A stretch of 64,000 bases of DNA from an uncultured Enterobacteriaceae bacterium (GTDB lineage Bacteria > Pseudomonadota > Gammaproteobacteria > Burkholderiales > SG8-39). Where the stretch lies: positions 10,974 through 74,973 of the forward strand of contig CAYZFN010000212.1 of NCBI GenBank assembly GCA_964477695.1, read 5' to 3'. The position numbers and the translations under genes were made by a program. The notes under the pieces were generated by a model. It saw only the letters and a program-made list of their open reading frames with translations. It did no database searches and had not been told where the DNA came from. Positions 18,943-25,900 of the stretch are shown in pieces. Within the stretch, counting starts at the first letter, position 1. Each line of letters starts with the position of its first letter.

Positions 18943-20109
18943 CTACTTCTTCATGCGCGCCTTGACGGGGTCCTTGACGTTCTCGACCTTGTCGAACTCG
19001 ACGTTCTTCAGCTCGCCGCCCACCTTCTCGACGCGCTGGATGTACACCGTCTGGACGACGTCGCGCGTCTCCGGGTCGATCGCCATCGGGCCGCGCGGGC
19101 TCTCCCATTTCATCCCCTTCGCCGCGCCGATCAGCGCCTCGCCGTCGGTCTTGCCGCCGGTCTTCTTGAGCGCCTCGTAGATGAGGTGCATGCCGTCGTA
19201 GCCGCCGATCGCGAAGAAGTTCGGATTGCGGCCGGCGAGGCCGTGGTAGGCCTTCACGAACTCGCGGTTGAGCGCCGAATCGTGGTTCGGGTCGTAGTGC
19301 GACGAAGTGATGATGCCGATCGCATCGTCGCCCATGGCCTTGCGCGCGTCTTCCTGCGCGAGCTCGAGCTGCCCGAGGATCCTGGTCTTTCTCGCATCCA
19401 TGCCGCGCTCGGCGAGCGCCTTGCCGAGGGCGGCCGGCTGCGCGCCGCCCGGCACGAAAACGAAGATGCCTTCCGGGCCCTGGTCCTTGGCGCGCTGCAC
19501 GAAGGCGGAAAAGTCGGGGTTCGCGACCGGGAAGCGCACCGAGCCCACCACCTCGCCGCCGGCCGCCTTGAACGCTCCCTGGAACGCCTGCTCGGCGTCG
19601 TGGCCCGGCCCATAGTCCGACACCATGGTGTAGATCTTGTGCAGGCCGCCTTTCTTCGCCGCCCAGGTGCCGAGCGTCTCGTTGAGCTGCGGGGTCGTGA
19701 GCGAGGTGCGCGCCATGTACGGCGACTTGGTGGTGATGATGGCCGTGGCCGCGTTCATGACCACCATGAACTTCCTCGCCTCCGCCGAGACGTCGCCGGC
19801 GGCCATGGCGTTGGGCGTGAGCAGGAACCCGGCAAGGATGTCGACCCGGTCGCGCACCACGAGCTCCTGCGCCAGGCGCTTGGCGACGTCGGGCGCGATG
19901 CCGCCGGTATCCTTGCGCACGAACTCGAGCTTCTTGCCGGCTACGGCATCCCCCTGCTGCTGTACGTAGAGCTTGATGGCGTCGTCCATCTGCTTCGCGC
20001 CATCGGCAAATTGGCCGGTGTAGGGCAGGATGATGCCGATCTTGACGGTTTGCTGCGCATGCGCCGTGCAGGCGAGCGCGACGGCGGCTGCGGCAAGGAT
20101 GGTTCGCAT
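18943..20109 (-). CDS. livK: Branched-chain amino acid ABC transporter substrate-binding protein (LivJ/K family)
   Basis: Signal peptide MRTILAAAAVALACTAHA, then VKIGIILPYTGQFADGAK.., a type I periplasmic binding protein fold. ATG 20109 is preceded by GGAGGGGGA. Confidence 0.9.
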   Translation of the reverse strand: MRTILAAAAVALACTAHAQQTVKIGIILPYTGQFADGAKQMDDAIKLYVQQQGDAVAGKKLEFVRKDTGGIAPDVAKRLAQELVVRDRVDILAGFLLTPNAMAAGDVSAEARKFMVVMNAATAIITTKSPYMARTSLTTPQLNETLGTWAAKKGGLHKIYTMVSDYGPGHDAEQAFQGAFKAAGGEVVGSVRFPVANPDFSAFVQRAKDQGPEGIFVFVPGGAQPAALGKALAERGMDARKTRILGQLELAQEDARKAMGDDAIGIITSSHYDPNHDSALNREFVKAYHGLAGRNPNFFAIGGYDGMHLIYEALKKTGGKTDGEALIGAAKGMKWESPRGPMAIDPETRDVVQTVYIQRVEKVGGELKNVEFDKVENVKDPVKARMKK

Positions 20110-20140
20110 GGTCCCCCTCCAAAGGAAGCCCGTACCATAC

Positions 20141-20172
20141 CAAAAATGAACACGGGCGCGTGAGCGCCCGTG
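20141..20172 (-). terminator. Rho-independent terminator of the membrane protein/VWA lipoprotein operon
   Basis: On the minus strand, CACGGGCGC-TCAC-GCGCCCGTG forms a perfect 9-bp GC-rich stem with a 4-nt loop. It is followed by TTCATTTTTG and begins 27 nt after the TAG stop at 20199. Confidence 0.7.
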
Positions 20173-20198
20173 GGAACCGTCCCGCCTGAAGCTGGGTG

Positions 20199-20855
20199 CT
20201 ACGTGCGCGTGAGGATCGCGTCCAGGTGGTCGAGGTCGTTGATCACGCGCCAGTCGCTGGCGCCGGCCTTTTGCACGCGCGCCTTCCACTGGTCGAGCCG
20301 GCCGAGGTAACGGCGCGGATCGACGTTGTCGGTGCGCAGCTTGACCACGTTGACTGCGACGATGCGGATGTTCTTGAGGCTGATCGGGAAGCCGCGCACC
20401 GTGCCGGGGTCGACCTCTTCCTGCATGTCGGAGAAGACGATGATCGTCTTGCTGCCGGCGCCGCCCTCGTTCAGGAACTCGGCGCCCTGGATCAGCGCTC
20501 CGGTGATGTCGGTGTACTTGCTGCCGCGCACGGCCTTGAACGAGGCGTCGATCTTGTCGCGGAACGCGCGCTTCTGGGCGTTCGCCTGCGACGGCCGCGT
20601 ATCGAAGGTCGCCTTGGCGATGATGTCCTTCTCGCTGAAGCTGCGGCTCTCGACCCGCGCCACAGCGAGCGAGTCGCCCGGCTGCAGCGTGCCGAGCAGG
20701 TAGTTGATGATCAGCTGCGCCTTGTTCGCTTCCTGGGCGTAAGTGCCGGACACATCGACCAGCATGTAGACGCCGTGGCTATGGACGCGCGGGTCGCCGC
20801 AGGCGGTGGCGAGGAACGCCGCCGGCAGCGTGGCGAGGAATTGTCTGCGCTTCAT
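20199..20855 (-). CDS. VWA-like domain lipoprotein
   Basis: Lipobox FLATAC. MIDAS-like YMLVDVSGT, ..YTDITGAL.. and ..TIIVFSDMQEE.. are spaced as in a von Willebrand A fold. Confidence 0.7.
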   Translation of the reverse strand: MKRRQFLATLPAAFLATACGDPRVHSHGVYMLVDVSGTYAQEANKAQLIINYLLGTLQPGDSLAVARVESRSFSEKDIIAKATFDTRPSQANAQKRAFRDKIDASFKAVRGSKYTDITGALIQGAEFLNEGGAGSKTIIVFSDMQEEVDPGTVRGFPISLKNIRIVAVNVVKLRTDNVDPRRYLGRLDQWKARVQKAGASDWRVINDLDHLDAILTRT

Positions 20856-20864
20856 GGCTTTCCC

Positions 20865-22322
20865 CTAGGCGTGCGTGCGTTCGATATCGGTATCGTCGAG
20901 CGAGGCGCGCGCGCGTGCCTGACGAGGACGGCGCGGCGCCCGGACGAAGTGCTCCGCGAGAAGCGGCAGCACGATGGCCACGTCGTACAGGCGGATCAGC
21001 ACGCGGCTCGCCTGGCGCGCGGCGTGGCCCAGCATGCGCAGCAGGAGCGCGCTCGCGCGCACCAGGGCCATGAGCAGCACGCCGCCTACGGTGCGCGCCG
21101 AATGGATCAGTGATTCGAGCGGCACGGCGATGAACGCCAGCGCAAACGGCAGCATGAAGCCGAGCAGCATCTGGCCCGCGGTCGGGATGCGCCCGACCCA
21201 GCCTTCGGCCGCCGCGACCTGCACGGTGGCGAGCGACTGCAGCAGCGCCTGCTTGTCCTGGATGAGCAGGTCGCGCATCAGCGCGAGCGCGGCCTCGACG
21301 CCGGCCAGCGTGACGAGCAGCGTGAGCGCGATCCAAAGCATGCGCCGGCGGAGCCGGTCGCTCAGGTTGGCGATGGCCGGGAAGAGGTGCGTGATGCGCA
21401 TCGCCTCGAGCAGGAACAGGCCCATCGACGCTTCGACGAAGATGATCACCAGCGCGGCCACTTCCGAGGTGCGCAGCGAGTTGGTGATGTAATCGCCCGC
21501 GCCGACCATCTCGGACATCGGCAGCGCGATCAGCTTGAAGTTGATGAACGCGCCGCCGGCGGCGATCAGCACGACGAGCGCGGAGATCGCGAATTGGGTG
21601 AAGGCCGAGACGGTCAGGGCGTGCTCGGCCTTGTCGGTGCCGGCGTTGATCGCCTCGTATTTCGCCATGTGCTCGTCCACCGTGGACACGCTCGCCTGCA
21701 GGCCGGCGAGGTTCTTTTCCACCTGCGCCAGGTTCTTGTCGACCGAGCGCCAGAAGGGCATGAAGCCCTCGAGGATGCGGTGGCGCGACTCGTACGCCTT
21801 GCGATACTCCGAGATCGCCTTGTCGTGGATGCCGCTCACCGAGCGTTTGATCTCCTCCAGCACCTTGAGCACGAGCTCGCTGCCCGCCGACTTGATGCTG
21901 GCAACCGCCTTCACGGCTTCCGTCCAGTCGGGCGGCGGCGGCGGCACTTCGCCGCATTTCTTGTAGTCCTCCTCGATCCGCGTAATCTCGTCGAGCAGCT
22001 TGCGCTGCAGCGTCGGATAGCCTTGCAGGTCGCGCGTGACGAGCGCACCCAGGCGCTCGAACTCGCGCTCGATCCGCTGGCCGACTTCCTTGCGTCCATG
22101 CGCGAGCAGAACCGCGCGGTTGCGGTAATGGATGTCGTCCGCGGTGCGCGAGAGCCAGTGGCCGGCCATGCGCAGCGGTCCGCTGAAAGCGTGTCCGACG
22201 CTGCGGATCAGCTCGTGCATCGGCTTGCGCGCCGCGTAGAGCACCGCCATGCCGAGCACGCCGAGGGTCAGTACCGAAAGGGCCACGTTACCGGGCCACA
22301 GCAACCAGGCTTGAGAGCTCAT
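20865..22322 (-). CDS. Unknown integral membrane protein with a central coiled-coil region
   Basis: N-terminal TM helix. An approximately 200-aa heptad-rich soluble segment follows (..LQRKLLDEITRIEEDYKK..PPPPP..LAQVEKNLAGLQASVSTVDEHMAKYE..), then at least 5 TM helices. High GC3 and an AAGGGGAAG SD. Stops 9 nt before the VWA lipoprotein gene. Confidence 0.7.
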   Translation of the reverse strand: MSSQAWLLWPGNVALSVLTLGVLGMAVLYAARKPMHELIRSVGHAFSGPLRMAGHWLSRTADDIHYRNRAVLLAHGRKEVGQRIEREFERLGALVTRDLQGYPTLQRKLLDEITRIEEDYKKCGEVPPPPPDWTEAVKAVASIKSAGSELVLKVLEEIKRSVSGIHDKAISEYRKAYESRHRILEGFMPFWRSVDKNLAQVEKNLAGLQASVSTVDEHMAKYEAINAGTDKAEHALTVSAFTQFAISALVVLIAAGGAFINFKLIALPMSEMVGAGDYITNSLRTSEVAALVIIFVEASMGLFLLEAMRITHLFPAIANLSDRLRRRMLWIALTLLVTLAGVEAALALMRDLLIQDKQALLQSLATVQVAAAEGWVGRIPTAGQMLLGFMLPFALAFIAVPLESLIHSARTVGGVLLMALVRASALLLRMLGHAARQASRVLIRLYDVAIVLPLLAEHFVRAPRRPRQARARASLDDTDIERTHA

Positions 22323-22424
22323 ATTTCTTCCCCTTTTTCTCGAGCATTCAGGTTAGTGCGAAACCGCGTGCGACGGCCGACAAACTCTTGTTCTTCAGGA
22401 ACTTTGCCTTCGCGACGATGCGCA

Positions 22425-22447
22425 ATTTGCCCGCTGTGTGGGCAAAT
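22425..22447. repeat. Inverted repeat ATTTGCCC-N7-GGGCAAAT
   Basis: Perfect 8-bp arms. Located 13 nt downstream of the DUF4383 stop and about 100 nt upstream of the membrane-protein start. No U-tract on the minus strand. Confidence 0.6.
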
Positions 22448-22460
22448 CGCGACCGGCGTA

Positions 22461-22982
22461 TCAGGCAGCGTGCAACGCGGTGAACGCCTCGCGGCGATCC
22501 GCCAGCCCGAAGCGCCGTTCGCGCGCGACCGGGATCATGTGCTGGCGGCGATCCTGGCGGCTGTGCCTGCGCTCGCGGGCGACGGCGCGAGCTCGCCAGC
22601 CGAAATAAGCAGCGGCGACGGCGCTCGCCGCGTGCAGCCAGACGTCATGCGCGTGGATCGGCATCACGCCGAATAGCGTATTGGCGCCGGGCACGACGCC
22701 GAGAAACGCGAGCACGGCGAACAGCACCGCGACCGAGCGGGAGTAGGCGACGGCACTGCATCGTTCCGACCAGGCGCAAAGCCCCCAGAAGCCGATGGCG
22801 ATGTGCAGCGCGCTATGCAGCACGTTCACCGGAAACAGCCCGAACAGGTAGCCGTAGAGGAGGGCGAAATGGGTCGCCGGCGCATCGGCAGGCGGCGGAA
22901 CGAGCGCGGCCGGCACGAGGCCGAGCAGTCCGAGCGCGAGGTAGACGAACCCGGCGAGCAAAGCAAATGTGGAACTCTTCAT
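22461..22982 (-). CDS. DUF4383-like membrane protein
   Basis: MKSSTFALLAGFVYLALGLLGLVP..FPVNVLHSALHIAIGFWGL..NTLFGVMPIHAHDVWLH.. is typical of DUF4383. ATGA overlap with the upstream small gene. Confidence 0.75.
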   Translation of the reverse strand: MKSSTFALLAGFVYLALGLLGLVPAALVPPPADAPATHFALLYGYLFGLFPVNVLHSALHIAIGFWGLCAWSERCSAVAYSRSVAVLFAVLAFLGVVPGANTLFGVMPIHAHDVWLHAASAVAAAYFGWRARAVARERRHSRQDRRQHMIPVARERRFGLADRREAFTALHAA

Positions 22983-23224
22983 GTCTCGAACCTCGTATCG
23001 CCGCTGTTCGCCCGGCGCTCGTAGTCGCGCGCCAGGCGAACCGCATCGTGCTCGACAAGCGCGACGCGGCAGCGCGGCTTCGCCATCGCGACGCGCACGG
23101 CGTGCCGCATCGCGCCCCACTTGCTCGGGAAGTAGGCGACCGCCACGCGGCTCGGGCTGCGCTCGTTGACGCTCCACACGCCGTCGCGCGTGCGCGCCAC
23201 CGAGACGAGCGGCGCGTCGCTCAT
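22979..23224 (-). CDS. Small conserved-looking protein (possibly DUF2188-like)
   Basis: 81 aa (MSDAPLVSVARTRDGVWSVNERSPSRVAVAYFPSKWGAMRHAVRVAM..). ATGA overlaps at both ends couple it to its neighbours. Confidence 0.5.
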   Translation of the reverse strand: MSDAPLVSVARTRDGVWSVNERSPSRVAVAYFPSKWGAMRHAVRVAMAKPRCRVALVEHDAVRLARDYERRANSGDTRFET

Positions 23225-24321
23225 TGGCCGCCTCCCGGCGCCTGCGCGCGGATGACCGCAGGCTTCTCGATCGGCGGGCGGCGGATCTCCTGCTCGAGAC
23301 TCGGCCGCTCGCGCCGCTCGAAGGGCGCGAGCTCGACCGGCGCGCCGCGCTCGATTGCGCGATAGAGCGCCGTGATCACCCGGATGTCGGCCAGGCCTTC
23401 CTCGGCCGAGGGCTCGGGATCGCGGTTCTGCAGCAGGCAATCGGAGAAGTACAGCAGCTCCGGCGCGAACTGATCGCGCTTCGCGAAGCGCCGCTCGCCC
23501 GCCACGTTGCCGTCCAGGGAAAGGCGGTGCTCGAGCGGCTTGGCGTACTCGTAGGCGGGATCGACGGCGAGCTCGCCTTTAGTGCCGATCAGCCGGTACT
23601 CCGAGACCTTGGCCGCGCCGAAGCTGGCGGTGAACGCTGCGAGCCGCTCGTTCGGAAAGCGCAGCACCGCGCTCACCGATTCCTCGACGTCGCCGAGCGC
23701 GCCCGCCGCCACGGCGAATGCCTCGACCGGCTCCTCGCGAAACAACGAGCGCGCCGCGTTGATGCAGTAGATGCCGATGTCGTAGAGGACGCCGCCGCCG
23801 AGCTCGCGCCGGGCGCGGATGTTGTCCGGCACGACCTGCATCGTGAAGGTGGACGTGAACAGGCGCGGCTCGCCGATGCGACCCGAGCGCGCGATCTCGA
23901 TCGCCTCGAGGTTGGCGCGCTCGAAGTGCAGCCGGTAGGCGACCATCAGCTTGACCTTGCTCTCGCGGGCGGCGCGCGCCATCAGCTCGCATTCGGCCTC
24001 GCTGAGCGCCATCGGCTTTTCGCACAGCACGTGGACGCCGGCGCGCGCGGCGCGCTCGGCGTACTCGGCGTGCAGGCTGTTCGGCAGGGCGATGTAGACG
24101 GCATCGATGTCGCCGCTCTTCAGCAGCTCGTCGTATTGCTCGTAGGCGTACACCTTGTCGATCCGGTATTTCTCTGCCAGCGCCTCGCGCTTCAGCGGAT
24201 CTCCCGACACCACGGCGACGAGCTGCGAGTTGCGTCGCGCGTTGCCGAAGGCCGGCAGGACGGCGGCCTGGGCGATGTGCCCGCAACCGACGACCGCATA
24301 ACGAATCAGCCGCTTGGGCAT
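23221..24321 (-). CDS. Gfo/Idh/MocA-family NAD(P)-dependent oxidoreductase
   Basis: N-terminal Rossmann motif IRYAVVGCGHIAQ. EKPMA motif (VLCEKPMALS). Length of about 366 aa. Confidence 0.9.
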   Translation of the reverse strand: MPKRLIRYAVVGCGHIAQAAVLPAFGNARRNSQLVAVVSGDPLKREALAEKYRIDKVYAYEQYDELLKSGDIDAVYIALPNSLHAEYAERAARAGVHVLCEKPMALSEAECELMARAARESKVKLMVAYRLHFERANLEAIEIARSGRIGEPRLFTSTFTMQVVPDNIRARRELGGGVLYDIGIYCINAARSLFREEPVEAFAVAAGALGDVEESVSAVLRFPNERLAAFTASFGAAKVSEYRLIGTKGELAVDPAYEYAKPLEHRLSLDGNVAGERRFAKRDQFAPELLYFSDCLLQNRDPEPSAEEGLADIRVITALYRAIERGAPVELAPFERRERPSLEQEIRRPPIEKPAVIRAQAPGGGQ

Positions 24322-24458
24322 CTAGGCCGCCCGGCGCGCCAGGTCGAGCTCATTCGAGCGCTTGTGCGCCGAATAGAGCTCGACCGGGACGTTGACCAGC
24401 CCGAAGCTGATCGCGCCTTTCCACGGAGCGCGCGCCATTGACCGGTCGCCTCGTCTGG

Positions 24459-24998
24459 CTAGTGGGTCAGGCCCTCGAGCAGCTTCGCCAGATCGTCGGC
24501 GTGCTCTTCCTCCTTGGCGAGGATCTCCTCCATCAGCCGCCGCGTGGTCGGGTCCTCCTGGCCGAAGTAGCTGATCATCTCGCGGTAGCTGTCGATGGCG
24601 ATGCGCTCGGCGACCAGGTCTTCCCGGATCATCTCCTCGAGCGTGTTGCCTTCGACGTACTCCGCATGGCTGCGCGTCACGAGCCCTTCCGGCGCGAAAT
24701 CCGGCGCGCCGCCGAGCTGGGTGATGCGTTCGGCGATCTGGTCGGCATGCTGCTGCTCCTCCTGGGCGTGCTCGAGGAACTCCGCCGCCACGCTTTCCGC
24801 ATGGATGCCTTGCGCCATGTAGTAATGGCGCTTGTAGCGCAGCGTGCAGATGATCTCCGTGGCGAGCGCCTCGTTGAGCAGCCGCAGCACTACGTCCCGG
24901 TCGGCGTGGTAGCCCGGCGTGACCGCGCCCTGGGCGATGTGCTCGCGGGCCCGCCGGCGCAGCGTCTGGATGTCGGAGAGAAAGGCGCCTTGCGTCAT
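24459..24998 (-). CDS. Ferritin-like di-iron protein (bacterioferritin/Dps superfamily)
   Basis: ..LNEALATEIICTLRYKRHY..EFLEHAQEEQQHADQIAERI..EMIREDLVAERIAIDSYRE..EILAKEEEHADDL shows paired E..ExxH-type ligand helices. Start 7 nt after the upstream stop. Confidence 0.85.
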   Translation of the reverse strand: MTQGAFLSDIQTLRRRAREHIAQGAVTPGYHADRDVVLRLLNEALATEIICTLRYKRHYYMAQGIHAESVAAEFLEHAQEEQQHADQIAERITQLGGAPDFAPEGLVTRSHAEYVEGNTLEEMIREDLVAERIAIDSYREMISYFGQEDPTTRRLMEEILAKEEEHADDLAKLLEGLTH

Positions 24999-25005
24999 CG
25001 CGTGC

Positions 25006-25518
25006 TTACTTCGAGGTCGTGGTCGCGCGATTCGCGCCCGCGCCCGTGGCCGCATTGCGCTTGCTGTTGTCGGCCTTCGCGTGCTTCGCCTTGATGTCCG
25101 CCTTGGCGTGGTCGTAGTTCGCCTTCGCTTCCTTCTTGCAGGCGCTCTCTTCCTTGCCCTTCATGCTCTTGCACTTCTGCTCGGCCACCTTGTACTCGTG
25201 CTCGGCCTTCGCTTCGTCGACCTTGCGCTCGTGCGCCGCGGAGGGCTGGTACTTCTGCTCGATCTCGGCCTTCGCGACCTTCTCGTTGCCTTTGGCGTCG
25301 GCTTCGCACACCTCGTGCTCGTTGCCCTTCATCTCCTTGCACTTCGCGATCGCCGCCTTGTAGTCGGCCTTGGCATGGTCCTCGTCGGCCTTCTTCGCCT
25401 GGCGGTCGACCTTCGGCCGGTCCGCGCCGCTCGACGGCGAGGGGGTGGTTTGCGCCTGTGCCGCGCCGGCAAAGGCGAAGGCGACGGCCGCGGCGATGCT
25501 CAACAGTCTGAGTTGCAT
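25006..25518 (-). CDS. Secreted Lys/Ala/Glu-rich protein with two C-x10-C repeats
   Basis: Signal peptide MQLRLLSIAAAVAFAFAGAAQA. Internal duplication DEDHAKADYKAAIAKCKEMKGNEHEVCEADAKGN.. versus DEAKAEHEYKVAEQKCKSMKGKEESACKKEAKAN... AGGAGGA SD. Confidence 0.75.
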   Translation of the reverse strand: MQLRLLSIAAAVAFAFAGAAQAQTTPSPSSGADRPKVDRQAKKADEDHAKADYKAAIAKCKEMKGNEHEVCEADAKGNEKVAKAEIEQKYQPSAAHERKVDEAKAEHEYKVAEQKCKSMKGKEESACKKEAKANYDHAKADIKAKHAKADNSKRNAATGAGANRATTTSK

Positions 25519-25549
25519 GGCTATGTTTCCTCCTAGGTTGTGGGATGCG

Positions 25550-25714
25550 TTAAGGCCTTCTCAGCAGGCCCGCGACGAGCGAGACCAGGAAAAGAACCAC
25601 GAAAACGACGAACAGGATCTTCGCGATCTCCGCGGCTCCCGCGGCGATGCCGGTAAAGCCGAACACGGCTGCGATGATGGCGATGATGAAAAAGGCAAGC
25701 GCCCAGCTCAACAT
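25550..25714 (-). CDS. DUF1328 (YtjA/UPF0391) small membrane protein
   Basis: The 54-aa product [54 protein letters not shown] is near-collinear with E. coli YtjA. GAAGGAG SD. Below the 60-aa ORF-track cutoff as an independent ORF. Confidence 0.85.
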   Translation of the reverse strand: MLSWALAFFIIAIIAAVFGFTGIAAGAAEIAKILFVVFVVLFLVSLVAGLLRRP

Positions 25715-25757
25715 GACGAACTCCTTCGTAAATGGTGGGTAAAGCTGGAGAGGGGGC

Positions 25758-25773
25758 AGCAAACCGCGTGCCA
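25758..25773 (-). promoter_or_regulatory. Consensus sigma-54 promoter TGGCAC-GCGGT-TTGCT
   Basis: Perfect match to TGGCACG-N4-TTGCW on the minus strand. Predicted +1 is near 25747, giving a 33-nt leader with an SD before ATG 25714. Confidence 0.6.
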
Positions 25774-25900
25774 AAGCGCGCGGCATGCGCTGGACGGCCT
25801 TTTGTAATCTTGGCGCGCTCGCGGCGGAAGTCGGCCGCGCCGGTAGCGTTTCCGCTACGGGCTGTCCCCGGCATGTCTCCTGCTGCAGGCCAGGTGAGCC

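Noticed and set aside
20128-20141. GG-N10-GC match TGGTAT-GGTAC-GGGCT upstream of livK
   Set aside because: The -12 region lacks the TT of TTGC, and the predicted +1 would land inside the GGAGG SD.
18013-20163. 716-aa plus-strand ORF across the liv operon
   Set aside because: It is antisense to livM, livH and livK, which have unmistakable motifs. It is Arg/His/Asp/Ala-rich junk.
22355-22373. TCGCACGCGGTTTCGCACT (minus strand), strikingly similar to the consensus site TGGCACGCGGTTTGCT
   Set aside because: The essential GG is CG here and the -12 region has a 1-nt insertion. It is probably not a functional sigma-54 site and could be a decayed copy.
25844-25858. Inverted repeat GTAGCG-TTTC-CGCTAC as a possible enhancer (UAS) for the 25758-25773 promoter
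   Set aside because: Not rejected outright but unsupported. The arms are only 6 bp, and I found no second copy upstream of the other sigma-54 candidates. It is mentioned only as a lead.
25870-25883. GG-N10-GC match CGGCAT-GTCTC-CTGCT upstream of the PAS-REC gene
   Set aside because: The predicted +1 (about 25895) would fall inside the AGGTGA SD, 6 nt from ATG 25901. Both elements are only partial matches.
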